Assembly (NCBI GenBank): GCA_945929845.1
Contig: CAMEON010000001.1
Location: 8,060 to 72,059 of the forward strand
Reading direction: 5' to 3'
Source: an uncultured Clostridia bacterium
Lineage (GTDB): Bacteria > Bacillota > Clostridia > Oscillospirales > CAG-272
Length of the DNA: 64,000 nt
Each line of letters starts with the position of its first letter. Position 1 is the stretch's first letter. Positions 15,385 to 23,659 of the stretch are shown one piece after another. A program made the position numbers and the translations under genes. A model generated the notes under the pieces. It did no database searches. It saw only the letters and a program-made list of their open reading frames with translations, and was not told the DNA's origin.

Positions 15385-17451
15385 ATGGACGCACGGAAGG
15401 GAAACATTTTCGAGATCTTGAACGGCAATAAGCAGTTCCTGATCCCGGTATATCAGCGATACTATAGTTGGGATATTGAGCAGTGCCGCAGACTCTGGAA
15501 CGATATTGTGGATATGCAAAAACGAAACAAGGCTGGGCATTTTGTTGGTTCTATTGTAAACATCGCCGAGCAGGCTATGCCTACTGGCGTCCAGAAGTAT
15601 ATGATTATTGATGGACAGCAGAGGATGACGACGCTGACCTTGCTGCTCCTGGCGCTGAGAGATTATGCCATTCAGCACCCAGAAGATACCACAATCAATT
15701 CCAGGCGTATCGATAATATGCTCCTGAAAAATGAGTATGAAGTGGGCGATGAACGGTACAAGCTCTTGCTGACCGAAACAGATCGCGATATTCTGATTCG
15801 CCTTGTGGAGTCGAAGCCTATTCCTGATGGTACGAAATCGCGTCTGATTGATAACTACAAATTCTTTTCCGGCAAAATCGCCGATCGTGATTTGCAGCCC
15901 GCAGAGATTTATGAATCGATCGGAAAACTGCAGATCGTCAATATTACGCTGGATAGGACCATGGATGATGCACAGGCTATTTTTGAAAGTCTGAATTCCA
16001 CGGGAAAAGAACTATCTGAGTCGGATCTGATCCGAAACTATGTCCTTATGGGATTGGAGCCTTCGGAGCAGACCTATGTCTATGAGCATCTATGGAGACC
16101 GATGGAACAGCTTTTTGTCTACGAGACACAGGATTCTGTCATGGATAGCTTTTTCCGCCATTATCTGACGATGAAGCTCACCCGTATTCCGAAGCAGGGC
16201 CGGGTATATGAAGAATTCAAGTTGTATCATTTGAACTGCGAATTTGGCACCATTAGGGAACTCTGTCAGGATTTGCTGAACTATGCCAAGTTCTACACAG
16301 ACATTGTGTTTAAGCGAAGCAACAATGCAGAACTGAAACGACTCTATGAAGATATCGTCGACCTGAGAATGGAGGTTTCCTATCCATTCCTGCTGAAAGT
16401 GCATAATGACTGCGCAGAGGGCACCATTACTGAGGACAATTTGAAGGAAATACTGCGTCTTTGCATCAGCTATGTTCTCAGACGCAGCATCTGTGATATC
16501 CCAACGAATTCCATGAACAAGACCTTTGCCACCCTCCGGAATTCTATCAGACCGGATGATTACATGAATTCCGTCAAGGCGTTTTTCGTTTTGCAGGATA
16601 CATACAAGGAATTCCCGGATAATGATAAATTCATGGCTGCATTTATGTCCCGGGATATCTATACAATGCGTGCAAGAAACTATATTCTCAGCCGTCTTGA
16701 AAATTTCGGGAATAAAGCGCCGATTATCATCGAAAACTATACGATTGAACATATCATGCCGCAGAACACCAGTCTTTCCCCAGAATGGCAGCATGATCTG
16801 GGCGTCAACTGGAAGGAAATCCAGAAGACCTATATTCACACCATCGGAAACCTGACACTGACAGCTTATAACTCTGAAATGAGTGATCGTCCATTTATGG
16901 ATAAAATGAATATGCCCGGCGGATTTAAAGAAAGTGCGCTGAGGCTCAATGCGTATTTGGTTAAGCTGACAGAATGGAATGAAGACCACATCAAGGAAAG
17001 AGCACAACAGCTTGCTGCCAAAGCTGTGCAGATTTGGCCCTATCCCAGCTTGACAAATGCGGAATTGGCACCTTACACGGCCGAGGAGAAGTCTGCACCG
17101 AAATATACTCTCGAAACCTATGATATTAACGCATTTACCAAAATACTGTTTGAAACTCTGGATAGACGGATTATGAATTTGTCTCCGGCTGTAAAGAGAG
17201 AATATAAGAAACTGTATATTGCGTATAAGCTTGATACCAATTTTGTAGATATTGTCGTTCAGAAACAGCGGCTGCGTATTTCGGTAAACATGAAGTTCTC
17301 CGAAGTGTATGACCCGAATGGAATATGTCGCGATGTCACCGGCCTTGGACGCTGGGGAAATGGCGATGTCGAGCTGTTCATGGAACATACATCGGATATT
17401 GATCGGGTGATGGAGATTATTGAACAGTCGTACAAATTGCAGGCGGATTGA
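15385..17451 (+). CDS. DUF262 (ParB/NTPase-like) - DUF1524 (His-Me finger nuclease) protein, GmrSD-like type IV restriction candidate
   Basis: 688-aa ORF with SD AAGGAGAG. The N-terminus has FLIPVYQRYYSW and IIDGQQRMTTL (the DUF262 DGQQR motif). IEHIMPQN...HTIGNLTLT...NSEMSDRPF is DUF1524-like. An extra C-terminal ~130 aa follows. Confidence 0.85.
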   Translation: MDARKGNIFEILNGNKQFLIPVYQRYYSWDIEQCRRLWNDIVDMQKRNKAGHFVGSIVNIAEQAMPTGVQKYMIIDGQQRMTTLTLLLLALRDYAIQHPEDTTINSRRIDNMLLKNEYEVGDERYKLLLTETDRDILIRLVESKPIPDGTKSRLIDNYKFFSGKIADRDLQPAEIYESIGKLQIVNITLDRTMDDAQAIFESLNSTGKELSESDLIRNYVLMGLEPSEQTYVYEHLWRPMEQLFVYETQDSVMDSFFRHYLTMKLTRIPKQGRVYEEFKLYHLNCEFGTIRELCQDLLNYAKFYTDIVFKRSNNAELKRLYEDIVDLRMEVSYPFLLKVHNDCAEGTITEDNLKEILRLCISYVLRRSICDIPTNSMNKTFATLRNSIRPDDYMNSVKAFFVLQDTYKEFPDNDKFMAAFMSRDIYTMRARNYILSRLENFGNKAPIIIENYTIEHIMPQNTSLSPEWQHDLGVNWKEIQKTYIHTIGNLTLTAYNSEMSDRPFMDKMNMPGGFKESALRLNAYLVKLTEWNEDHIKERAQQLAAKAVQIWPYPSLTNAELAPYTAEEKSAPKYTLETYDINAFTKILFETLDRRIMNLSPAVKREYKKLYIAYKLDTNFVDIVVQKQRLRISVNMKFSEVYDPNGICRDVTGLGRWGNGDVELFMEHTSDIDRVMEIIEQSYKLQAD

Positions 17452-17774
17452 TGAAATCTGCTGAGACAACATCTGCTTCGGGTCGAGTGCATAAGGCGTT
17501 TGCGGAAACCAGTCACCGTGGACTTATCCCCCAAACAGACAGGCAGGGTTGAGGCAATGGCATATTATACATTTCGTTCTCGCTGGTATTATATAGTAGC
17601 GAAAGAAATATATTGACCTGTTTCCGAGAACAGCGGCCCTTTAGGCTTTGGATTTGATGTCAGCCTTATCTCGCCCATTTCGGGTGTAGAGCAGTTCCCA
17701 CGGACACACGGAGAATCTGACATCATTTCCGGCCTGTCGAGCCATGTGGAGACGGTATGCCTTATGTCCAAACT

Positions 17775-17805
17775 AAGGAACCGCTGATTTATTCAGCGGT
17801 TCCTT
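17775..17805. repeat. Perfect 12-bp-stem palindromic hairpin (AAGGAACCGCTG / ATTTATT / CAGCGGTTCCTT); part of a 23-nt repeat shared with 26602-26624
   Basis: Read directly. It lies at the right edge of the low-GC island. Confidence 0.7.
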
Positions 17806-18013
17806 AACACAGCCGTCAGTTTTGTTACAAACACGAACTGGCAGCTTTCTTTTTAGGAGAAAATATCTTTTCTTATGTAGCAAAAATACCGCACGCTGTT
17901 TGCTGCCGAGCATCATTGAATATTTTGAAAGCGAAGAAGAGAAGAAAGCCTTTGCCGAGTGGATGGAAAAGAAAAATGCCCTGCAGAACGAAAAACTTGT
18001 AGTGCAAAGCAAA

Positions 18014-18036
18014 AGGACGGGGAATAACCTCGTCCT
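18014..18036 (-). terminator. Weak hairpin plus T-run downstream of tRNA-Glu (minus strand)
   Basis: AGGACG...CGTCCT stem, with TTTTGCTTTG following on the minus strand. Confidence 0.3.
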
Positions 18037-18128
18037 AATTCATTTCAGGCGTTTTCAGCCTCTAAATTCATATAAAAAACGAATCCGAATACCTTGTTTG
18101 TTACAAAGTAGTTCGGATACGTTTGTTT

Positions 18129-18203
18129 TGGTGACCCCAGCGGGAATCGAACCCACGCCTTCGCCGTGAGAGGGCGACGTCTTAGCCGCTTGACTATGGG
18201 GCC
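18129..18203 (-). tRNA. tRNA-Glu (anticodon CUC)
   Basis: The reverse complement folds as a cloverleaf: GGCCCCATAGTCAAGCGGCTAAGACGTCGCCCTCTCACGGCGAAGGCGTGGGTTCGATTCCCGCTGGGGTCACCA. The anticodon loop is CTCTCAC with stem TCGCC/GGCGA. The T-loop is TTCGATT and the CCA is encoded. Confidence 0.9.
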
Positions 18204-18222
18204 ATGTCCTGACGACTCACTT

Positions 18223-18251
18223 ATTATATCACAGCTTTCGTCATTTGTCAA
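18223..18251 (-). promoter_or_regulatory. Sigma-A-type promoter of tRNA-Glu
   Basis: The minus strand reads TTGACA - 17 nt - TATAAT, about 20 nt upstream of the tRNA 5' end, with an A/T-rich tract further upstream. Confidence 0.55.
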
Positions 18252-18405
18252 TAGCTTTTTTGAAAAAAAGAAAAATTTTTGATCAGAGCCGGATATGGCG
18301 GTTTATAACAGACAAAGTACGGCCGGAAAAAGGAATGTTCACTTCAGAAAGTGACTATACCATGACCAATTATCACAAATTTCACAGATTTTTCTGCAAA
18401 ACAAC

Positions 18406-18434
18406 TTTACAAAATCACAAAAATATGGTATACT
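18406..18434 (+). promoter_or_regulatory. Candidate promoter of hpf
   Basis: TTTACA - 17 nt - TATACT, with TGG immediately before the -10. Confidence 0.45.
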
Positions 18435-18553
18435 GTATGTGCACAGGGGAGTGAAATACTCTTCGGCGGCAGGTGAACCGTTACGAAACCGTTTACCGTT
18501 TTTCCCAGAAGTTTCAGAAAAGCAACAGTCATGCAGAAAGGAAGGTCATGATC

Positions 18554-19114
18554 ATGAAGGTGAACATTGTAGGCAGACAAATGAATGTGTACGAGGAGAC
18601 AAAGGAGATCATCGGGAAAAAGCTGTCCAAGCTGGATAAGTATTTCCCGGGAGACAGAGAACCGGAGGCCGTCGTCACACTCTCCCGCAAACGGAATGTG
18701 TCCACCATGGAGGTGACCATCAACGCAGGCGGTACGCTGTTCCGTAGTGAGGTGGATTCCGATGACTTCCGGAGTGCCGTGGATAAAACCGTGGACAACA
18801 TAGAGAGGCAGATCCGTAAGAACAAGACCCGCCTGGAGAAGCGGATGCGGGACAGCTCCTGGGAGATGCTGTTCCCGGAGGATAAAGGTCAGGATAACGG
18901 GCAGGCCCTGGGGCAAGGGGAGGAAGAGGATCCGGGCACAATCATACGGGTCAAGAAGTTCGAGTATAAGCCCATGAGCTCGGAGGACGCTATCATGCAG
19001 ATGAACCTGCTGGGGCACAGCTTCTTCGTGTACAACGACATAGACACCGGAGATACCTGCGTGGTATACCGGCGGAAGGACGGCACCTACGGGCTGATCG
19101 AACCGGCTAAGTAA
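18554..19114 (+). CDS. hpf: Ribosome hibernation promoting factor (long form)
   Basis: The start MKVNIVGRQMNVYEETKEII follows AAAGGAAGG. The C-terminal dimerisation domain is RVKKFEYKPMSSEDAIMQMNLLGHSFFVYNDIDTGDTCVVYRRKDGTYGLIE. Confidence 0.9.
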   Translation: MKVNIVGRQMNVYEETKEIIGKKLSKLDKYFPGDREPEAVVTLSRKRNVSTMEVTINAGGTLFRSEVDSDDFRSAVDKTVDNIERQIRKNKTRLEKRMRDSSWEMLFPEDKGQDNGQALGQGEEEDPGTIIRVKKFEYKPMSSEDAIMQMNLLGHSFFVYNDIDTGDTCVVYRRKDGTYGLIEPAK

Positions 19115-19244
19115 GTGATATGAAACCTGCATCGGGGCTGCTACTTTTGTAGTAGCCCCTCATTCATGGCGATAAGGTGTAGTGCGAGCAAGAGGATGCG
19201 CTGATCGCACAAATTATGAGCGCAAAATTTGTATAAGATAACCA

Positions 19245-19273
19245 TTGACAAATCCGTAAGTTTGCCGTATAAT
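19245..19273 (+). promoter_or_regulatory. Consensus promoter of the T-box leader
   Basis: TTGACA (19245-19250) - 17 nt - TATAAT (19268-19273). Confidence 0.6.
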
Positions 19274-19289
19274 ATTGTAAACCGTTGAG

Positions 19290-19576
19290 GAAGAGAAGTA
19301 GTTCCTGTCCCTGCTTCCAAAGAGAGCTGCCGTTGGTGAGAGTGCAGTGGGGCATACGGGTGCGAATGGACTTCTGAGGGCGAGAGGAAACGGCTCTGCG
19401 AAGGCAAGGCCGGAGTATGGGAGACGGAGCATGACTCTCCGTGAACAAAGGTCTGTGCATGCGTTGCGTGTGCGCAAAGAGGATATGTCATTGACATATC
19501 AAGCCGGGTGGCACCGCAGGATGTTCGTCCTGTCCCAGCAGATTTTTATTCTGAGGGACGGGGCTGTTTTTGTTTG
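19290..19576 (+). ncRNA. T-box riboswitch leader, probable tryptophan specifier (UGG)
   Basis: Stem-I elements AGAGAG and GGTGAGAG are present. The candidate specifier is GAA-UGG-A (UGG at 19367-19369). The T-box motif is AAGCCGGGTGGCACCGCAG (19501-19519). A GC-rich hairpin and a TTTTTGTTTG run (19567-19576) lie just before the TrpB2 SD. Confidence 0.75.
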
Positions 19577-19612
19577 TCCACCGTTCTCTCAGGGAAAGCG
19601 GAGGGTAAAACC

Positions 19613-20986
19613 ATGAAGAACAAAGAGATCCCCTACAAGATTTATCTGGAAGAGAAGGACATGCCGACGGCATGGTACAATGTGCGAGCCGATATGAAGA
19701 ATAAGCCTGCACCCCTGCTCAATCCGGGTACTCATCAGCCCATGAAGGCCGAGGAACTGGCCGGTGTGTTCTGCGATGAACTGATCAAGCAGGAGCTGGA
19801 CAATGACACGGCGTATTTTGAGATCCCGGAAGAGATACGGAATTTCTACCGGATGTACCGTCCCTCCCCACTGATCCATGCTACTTTCCTGGAGAAAAAG
19901 CTGGGCACACCCGCCAAGATCTTCTATAAGTTTGAAGGCAACAACACCAGCGGCTCTCACAAGCTGAACTCCGCCATCGCCCAGGCCTACTACGCCAAAA
20001 AGCAGGGTCTGCGTGGCGTCACTACCGAAACCGGTGCCGGACAGTGGGGCACCGCCCTGTCCATGGCCTGCTCCTACTTCGGCCTGGACTGCAAGGTGTT
20101 CATGGTCAAGTGCTCCTATGAGCAGAAGCCCTTCCGCCGGGAGGTCATGCGCACCTACGGCGCTTCTGTGACCCCGTCACCCTCTATGGAGACAGAGGTC
20201 GGAAAGCGAATCCTGGCCGCTCATCCCGGCACCACCGGCAGTTTGGGCTGTGCCATTTCCGAGGCTGTGGAAAAGGCCGTCACCACCGAGGGGTACCGGT
20301 ATGTGCTGGGCAGTGTGCTGAATCAGGTGCTCCTGCACCAGTCCATCATCGGACTGGAAACCAAGATCGCCCTGGATAAATACGGCGTCAAGCCGGATAT
20401 CATCATCGGATGCGCTGGCGGCGGCTCCAACCTGGGCGGCCTGATCTCCCCCTTCATGGGCGAAAAGCTTCGTGGGGAGGCTGATTACCGCTTCATCGCC
20501 GTAGAACCTGCTTCCTGCCCCAGCTTCACCCGTGGCGTGTACGCCTACGACTTCTGCGATACCGGTATGGTTTGCCCTCTGGCCAAGATGTACACCCTGG
20601 GCAGTGACTTCATCCCCTCGCCCAACCATGCCGGCGGCCTGCGCTACCACGGCATGAGTTCCATTCTGTCCCAGCTGTATGATGACGGCCTGATGGAGGC
20701 CGTGTCCGTGAAGCAAACGGATGTGTTCCGGGCCGCAGAGCAGTTTGCCCGTGTGGAGGGTATCCTGCCCGCTCCGGAGAGCTCCCACGCCATCCGGGTG
20801 GCCATTGACGAAGCCCTCAAGTGCAAGGAGACCGGGGAGGAGAAGACCATCGTGTTCGGTTTGACCGGCACCGGTTACTTCGACATGGTAGCCTATGAGA
20901 AATTCCATGACGGGAAAATGGACGATTATATTCCTACCGATGAGGAGCTTCAGGTCTACCGTGACAAGCTGCCCAAGATCGACTGA
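19613..20986 (+). CDS. TrpB-like PLP-dependent enzyme (TrpB2-type tryptophan synthase beta chain)
   Basis: The start MKNKEIPYKIYLEEKDMPTAWYNVRADM follows GGAGGG. The PLP-lysine motif is NTSGSHKLNSA. The length and N-terminal extension are typical of TrpB2. Confidence 0.85.
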   Translation: MKNKEIPYKIYLEEKDMPTAWYNVRADMKNKPAPLLNPGTHQPMKAEELAGVFCDELIKQELDNDTAYFEIPEEIRNFYRMYRPSPLIHATFLEKKLGTPAKIFYKFEGNNTSGSHKLNSAIAQAYYAKKQGLRGVTTETGAGQWGTALSMACSYFGLDCKVFMVKCSYEQKPFRREVMRTYGASVTPSPSMETEVGKRILAAHPGTTGSLGCAISEAVEKAVTTEGYRYVLGSVLNQVLLHQSIIGLETKIALDKYGVKPDIIIGCAGGGSNLGGLISPFMGEKLRGEADYRFIAVEPASCPSFTRGVYAYDFCDTGMVCPLAKMYTLGSDFIPSPNHAGGLRYHGMSSILSQLYDDGLMEAVSVKQTDVFRAAEQFARVEGILPAPESSHAIRVAIDEALKCKETGEEKTIVFGLTGTGYFDMVAYEKFHDGKMDDYIPTDEELQVYRDKLPKID

Positions 20987-21010
20987 TCCATGACAAACAC
21001 ATGAAAAGAG

Positions 21011-21048
21011 GCCCTTTGCCAACCGAACGGAAGGCAGAGGGCTTTTTT
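21011..21048 (+). terminator. Rho-independent terminator after TrpB2
   Basis: GCCCTTTGCC ... GGCAGAGGGC stem (one G-U pair) followed by TTTTTT. Confidence 0.7.
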
Positions 21049-21069
21049 GTACAACATGGCTGTCAGCGG

Positions 21070-21717
21070 TTATGTCGGTTCACCTGTTGATTGGGCAAGT
21101 TTCATCGGCGCATCGGAAAAGAAGTGCGCCTCCGTTTTCTCGTGGGTGATGAGCAACAGCGTTTTTCCTTCCGTGGCTTGCCTGACAAAGTCCATGACCT
21201 GTCTGCGTGTCTCCCCGTCCAGCCCCCGGAATGGCTCATCCAAAAGGAGCAGGTGGGAGGGGAAGGCCAGCGCACGGCAGAGGGACACCCGCTGAGCCAT
21301 CCCCCCGGACAGTGCTTCGGGGTACAAGTCGGCGGCCCCGGCAAGGCCGACCCTGGCCAACAACGCCCGGGCTTGATCCAGCGTTTTCCGACTGTCCGAC
21401 AGGACGGTATTCACATTATCGGCGGCTGTCAGCCAGGGGAGCAGGCGTGGCTCCTGAAATTGCACCGCCACCCGGTACGGACTGGCACGCCCCACCTCGA
21501 CAGGATGCCCGTCAAGGAGCACTGCCCCCTCCGTGGGCGGTAGGAGTCCGGCGGCCATCCGCAGGAGGGAGGTCTTCCCACTGCCCGAGGCACCCATGAG
21601 GACAGCATGACCTCCGGCGGGAACGGCCAGGTTAAAATGGGAAAGCACCGTATGTTGGCCGAAGCACAGGGTCACATCCCGGAACTCCAGAGACACAGGT
21701 TTGTATTCATTGTTCAT
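21070..21717 (-). CDS. ABC transporter ATP-binding protein (NitT/TauT-type)
   Basis: The start is MNNEYKPVSLEF. Walker A is GASGSGKTSLL, the signature is LSGGMAQRVSL and Walker B is LLLLDEPF. Confidence 0.9.
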   Translation of the reverse strand: MNNEYKPVSLEFRDVTLCFGQHTVLSHFNLAVPAGGHAVLMGASGSGKTSLLRMAAGLLPPTEGAVLLDGHPVEVGRASPYRVAVQFQEPRLLPWLTAADNVNTVLSDSRKTLDQARALLARVGLAGAADLYPEALSGGMAQRVSLCRALAFPSHLLLLDEPFRGLDGETRRQVMDFVRQATEGKTLLLITHEKTEAHFFSDAPMKLAQSTGEPT

Positions 21718-22542
21718 GGATGACCTCCGCAGGAGAAACACACCGGTTTTGTCGGCTGTCGTTCGCACCACGCCGGGAGCGCAGACCCTTCATGATGCCC
21801 AGCATACACAGCTCCAAAAGAAGGCTGAGCAGGATTACCGTCAGCGTCCAGGCAAACAGATCCACGCTCTCCAGGTACAGCTTGGCATCACTGAGCTGTC
21901 GGCCGATGGACAGTGCCGGAACCGTCAGCACCTCAGCGGCGATCCCCGCCTTCCAGGCAAGTCCCACAGAGGAGCGGCAGGAGGCCAGAAAGGCAGGGAC
22001 AACAGCGGGCAGGTAGACCCGCCGCAGCTTCTGCCAGGGGGAGAAGCGGAAGACCTTCGCCATGTCCAGAAGATCCCGATCCACCGCTCCCAGTGCCTCA
22101 TGCAGGTTGGCCCATACCACCGGGAGGACCAGCAGGACCGAGATGAAGGTGGGCAGGGAGTCCCGCCCGATCCACAGGTAGGCCAGAATGATGAAGGAGG
22201 CCACCGGGGTGGAGCGAATGACCGAGATCAGCGGGTAAAAGAGCGTGTAAAGAGGCGGGACAAAGTGGGTGATCAGGGACAAGAGCCCCCCGGCTACCGT
22301 GCCGATGAGGATCCCGGCCAGGATGCGGAGAAGGGAAGTCATCACCACCAGCCAGAAGTCGGAGGTAGCGGCCAGCGCAAGAGCCGATGCACTACGGAAA
22401 AGGGATCCGGCAGGAGGATGGCTTCATCCACCCGCCGTGCGGCTAACCACCATACACCGACCCAGAAGACCAGCACACCCAGGTAGGAAAGTACCTTCTT
22501 CAGCCAATCCGGCAGGGAGGACAAGCGGGAGCGGGGTGTCAT
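21707..22542 (-). pseudogene. ABC transporter permease, split by an apparent 1-nt deletion (or sequencing error)
   Basis: ATG 22540-22542 overlaps the binding-protein stop (ATGA) and encodes MTPRSRLSSLPDWLKKVLSYLGVLVFWVGVWWLAARRVDEAILLPDPFSVVHRL. That frame then hits a stop at 22342. The permease continues in the other frame as LALAATSDFWLVVMTSLLRILAG... The span is 836 nt, not a multiple of 3. Confidence 0.7.
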
Positions 22543-23600
22543 TTGGAAAGACCGTAGTACAGCCCCCGGCCAGGCAGGGCACCGCCCACGGAGGCGGGAG
22601 CCACCCCGTATAGAGCCTGATAGAATGTGTCCAGCTTGGCTGCCATTTCCTCCCCGGTCAGGAAACAGAGATTGCAACCGGGCAGAGCCTTGGCGGCAAC
22701 GGCACCGTTGGTGAAGATGCCCTGGGTCTGGATCATCTCACCGGCTTCGGTGGGGCTTTCTTTGGCAAAGGCAATGGATGCGGCATACTCTTCCAGGAAG
22801 GCGGCTACTTCGGCTGGGTGTTCTTCTGCAAAGGCGGTGCGCACCACCACGCATCCCTGCGCCAGGGCACCGGCATCCCCGAAGGCGTTGGCCCACTCGG
22901 CGGTCAGGTCAAGGGCGATCGTCAGGGACGGGTTGGCGGACTGAGCGATAGTCACCATCGGCTCCGGCAGGACGGCAATGTCCACCTGCCCGGCGGCCAG
23001 AGCGGTGCGCAGGTCGGCGGGTTGGGCATAGGTGTTGTCAATGGTGATACCCTCACCGGGGGTCAGACCGTTTTTGGTGCAAAGGGCGGAGAAAATGAAG
23101 GTGGGATTCTGGGCAGGGCAGTAAACCGTCTTCCCTGCCAGATCGGCAAAGGAGGACACCGTCACACCTTCCCCGGTGACTACATACAGCACACCAAGGG
23201 TATTGACGGCAAGGATCTGTATGGAATCGGCCTTCTTTGCATACAGGGTGGCGGCGGCGTTGGTGGGCAGGGCGGCAATGTCCACCGACCCGTTCAGGAG
23301 GGCCGGGGTGATGTTGGACGCATCATTCTCCACAGAAAAGCTGTATGTCAGGGCGGAGGAACCGTTGGCGGCCTTGTCCATCAGGGGAGCCATGCCAAAG
23401 CCGGTGGTGCCGCTGAGCACCATGATACGAACACTGAGGTTTTTGTCAGGTGCCGCTTCGATGCCGGAATTGTCCTCCGGCGCTTGCGTTTCCGAACCAG
23501 TTGTCTCCGGCTCCACGCCGGGGGTACAGGAAGACAGAACGAAGGTAAAGGTCAGAACCAGTGCGAGAAAAAGGGGGAGCAATTGGAAAGAGCGTTTCAT
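22539..23600 (-). CDS. ABC transporter substrate-binding lipoprotein (NMT1/THI5-like)
   Basis: The start MKRSFQLLPLFLALVLTFTFVLSSC is a signal peptide with a Cys. It heads the operon with the permease and ATPase. Confidence 0.8.
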   Translation of the reverse strand: MKRSFQLLPLFLALVLTFTFVLSSCTPGVEPETTGSETQAPEDNSGIEAAPDKNLSVRIMVLSGTTGFGMAPLMDKAANGSSALTYSFSVENDASNITPALLNGSVDIAALPTNAAATLYAKKADSIQILAVNTLGVLYVVTGEGVTVSSFADLAGKTVYCPAQNPTFIFSALCTKNGLTPGEGITIDNTYAQPADLRTALAAGQVDIAVLPEPMVTIAQSANPSLTIALDLTAEWANAFGDAGALAQGCVVVRTAFAEEHPAEVAAFLEEYAASIAFAKESPTEAGEMIQTQGIFTNGAVAAKALPGCNLCFLTGEEMAAKLDTFYQALYGVAPASVGGALPGRGLYYGLSK

Positions 23601-23659
23601 AAAAATATATCCTTTCAGTTGATTGGTGACAAATGTGAGCAAACAGAGCGGCGGTGCGG

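Larger units (their letters stand above)
1..18128. mobile_element. Partial integrated phage-like element: minus-strand replication/early module (1-3541) plus lower-GC plus-strand defence cargo (3975-17451), ending next to the 3' end of tRNA-Glu
   Basis: The DUF2800/DUF2815/PolA-exo/sigma gene set is typical of Firmicute prophage replication modules. GC drops visibly and the coding strand switches at ~3542. The tRNA 3' end at 18129 faces the element. The left end lies outside the window and no att duplication was found, so the limits are provisional. Confidence 0.4.

Noticed and set aside
16090-17472. 460-aa ORF on the minus strand, strikingly long for an AT-richer region
   Set aside because: It is exactly codon-aligned antisense to the DUF262/DUF1524 gene, whose motifs are unambiguous. 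Its openness only reflects the absence of TTA/CTA/TCA codons in the sense gene. Its composition (I/F/Q/C/H-rich) is antisense-like and no SD precedes it.
17822-18169. 115-aa plus-strand ORF with a plausible-looking stretch (IIEYFESEEEKKAFAEWMEKKNA)
   Set aside because: The frame runs straight through the tRNA-Glu gene on the opposite strand, and the only ATG with an SD is followed at once by TAG. At most it is a gene remnant.
18407-19132. 241-aa minus-strand ORF
   Set aside because: It is antisense to hpf and extends into the hpf promoter region. No SD precedes it.
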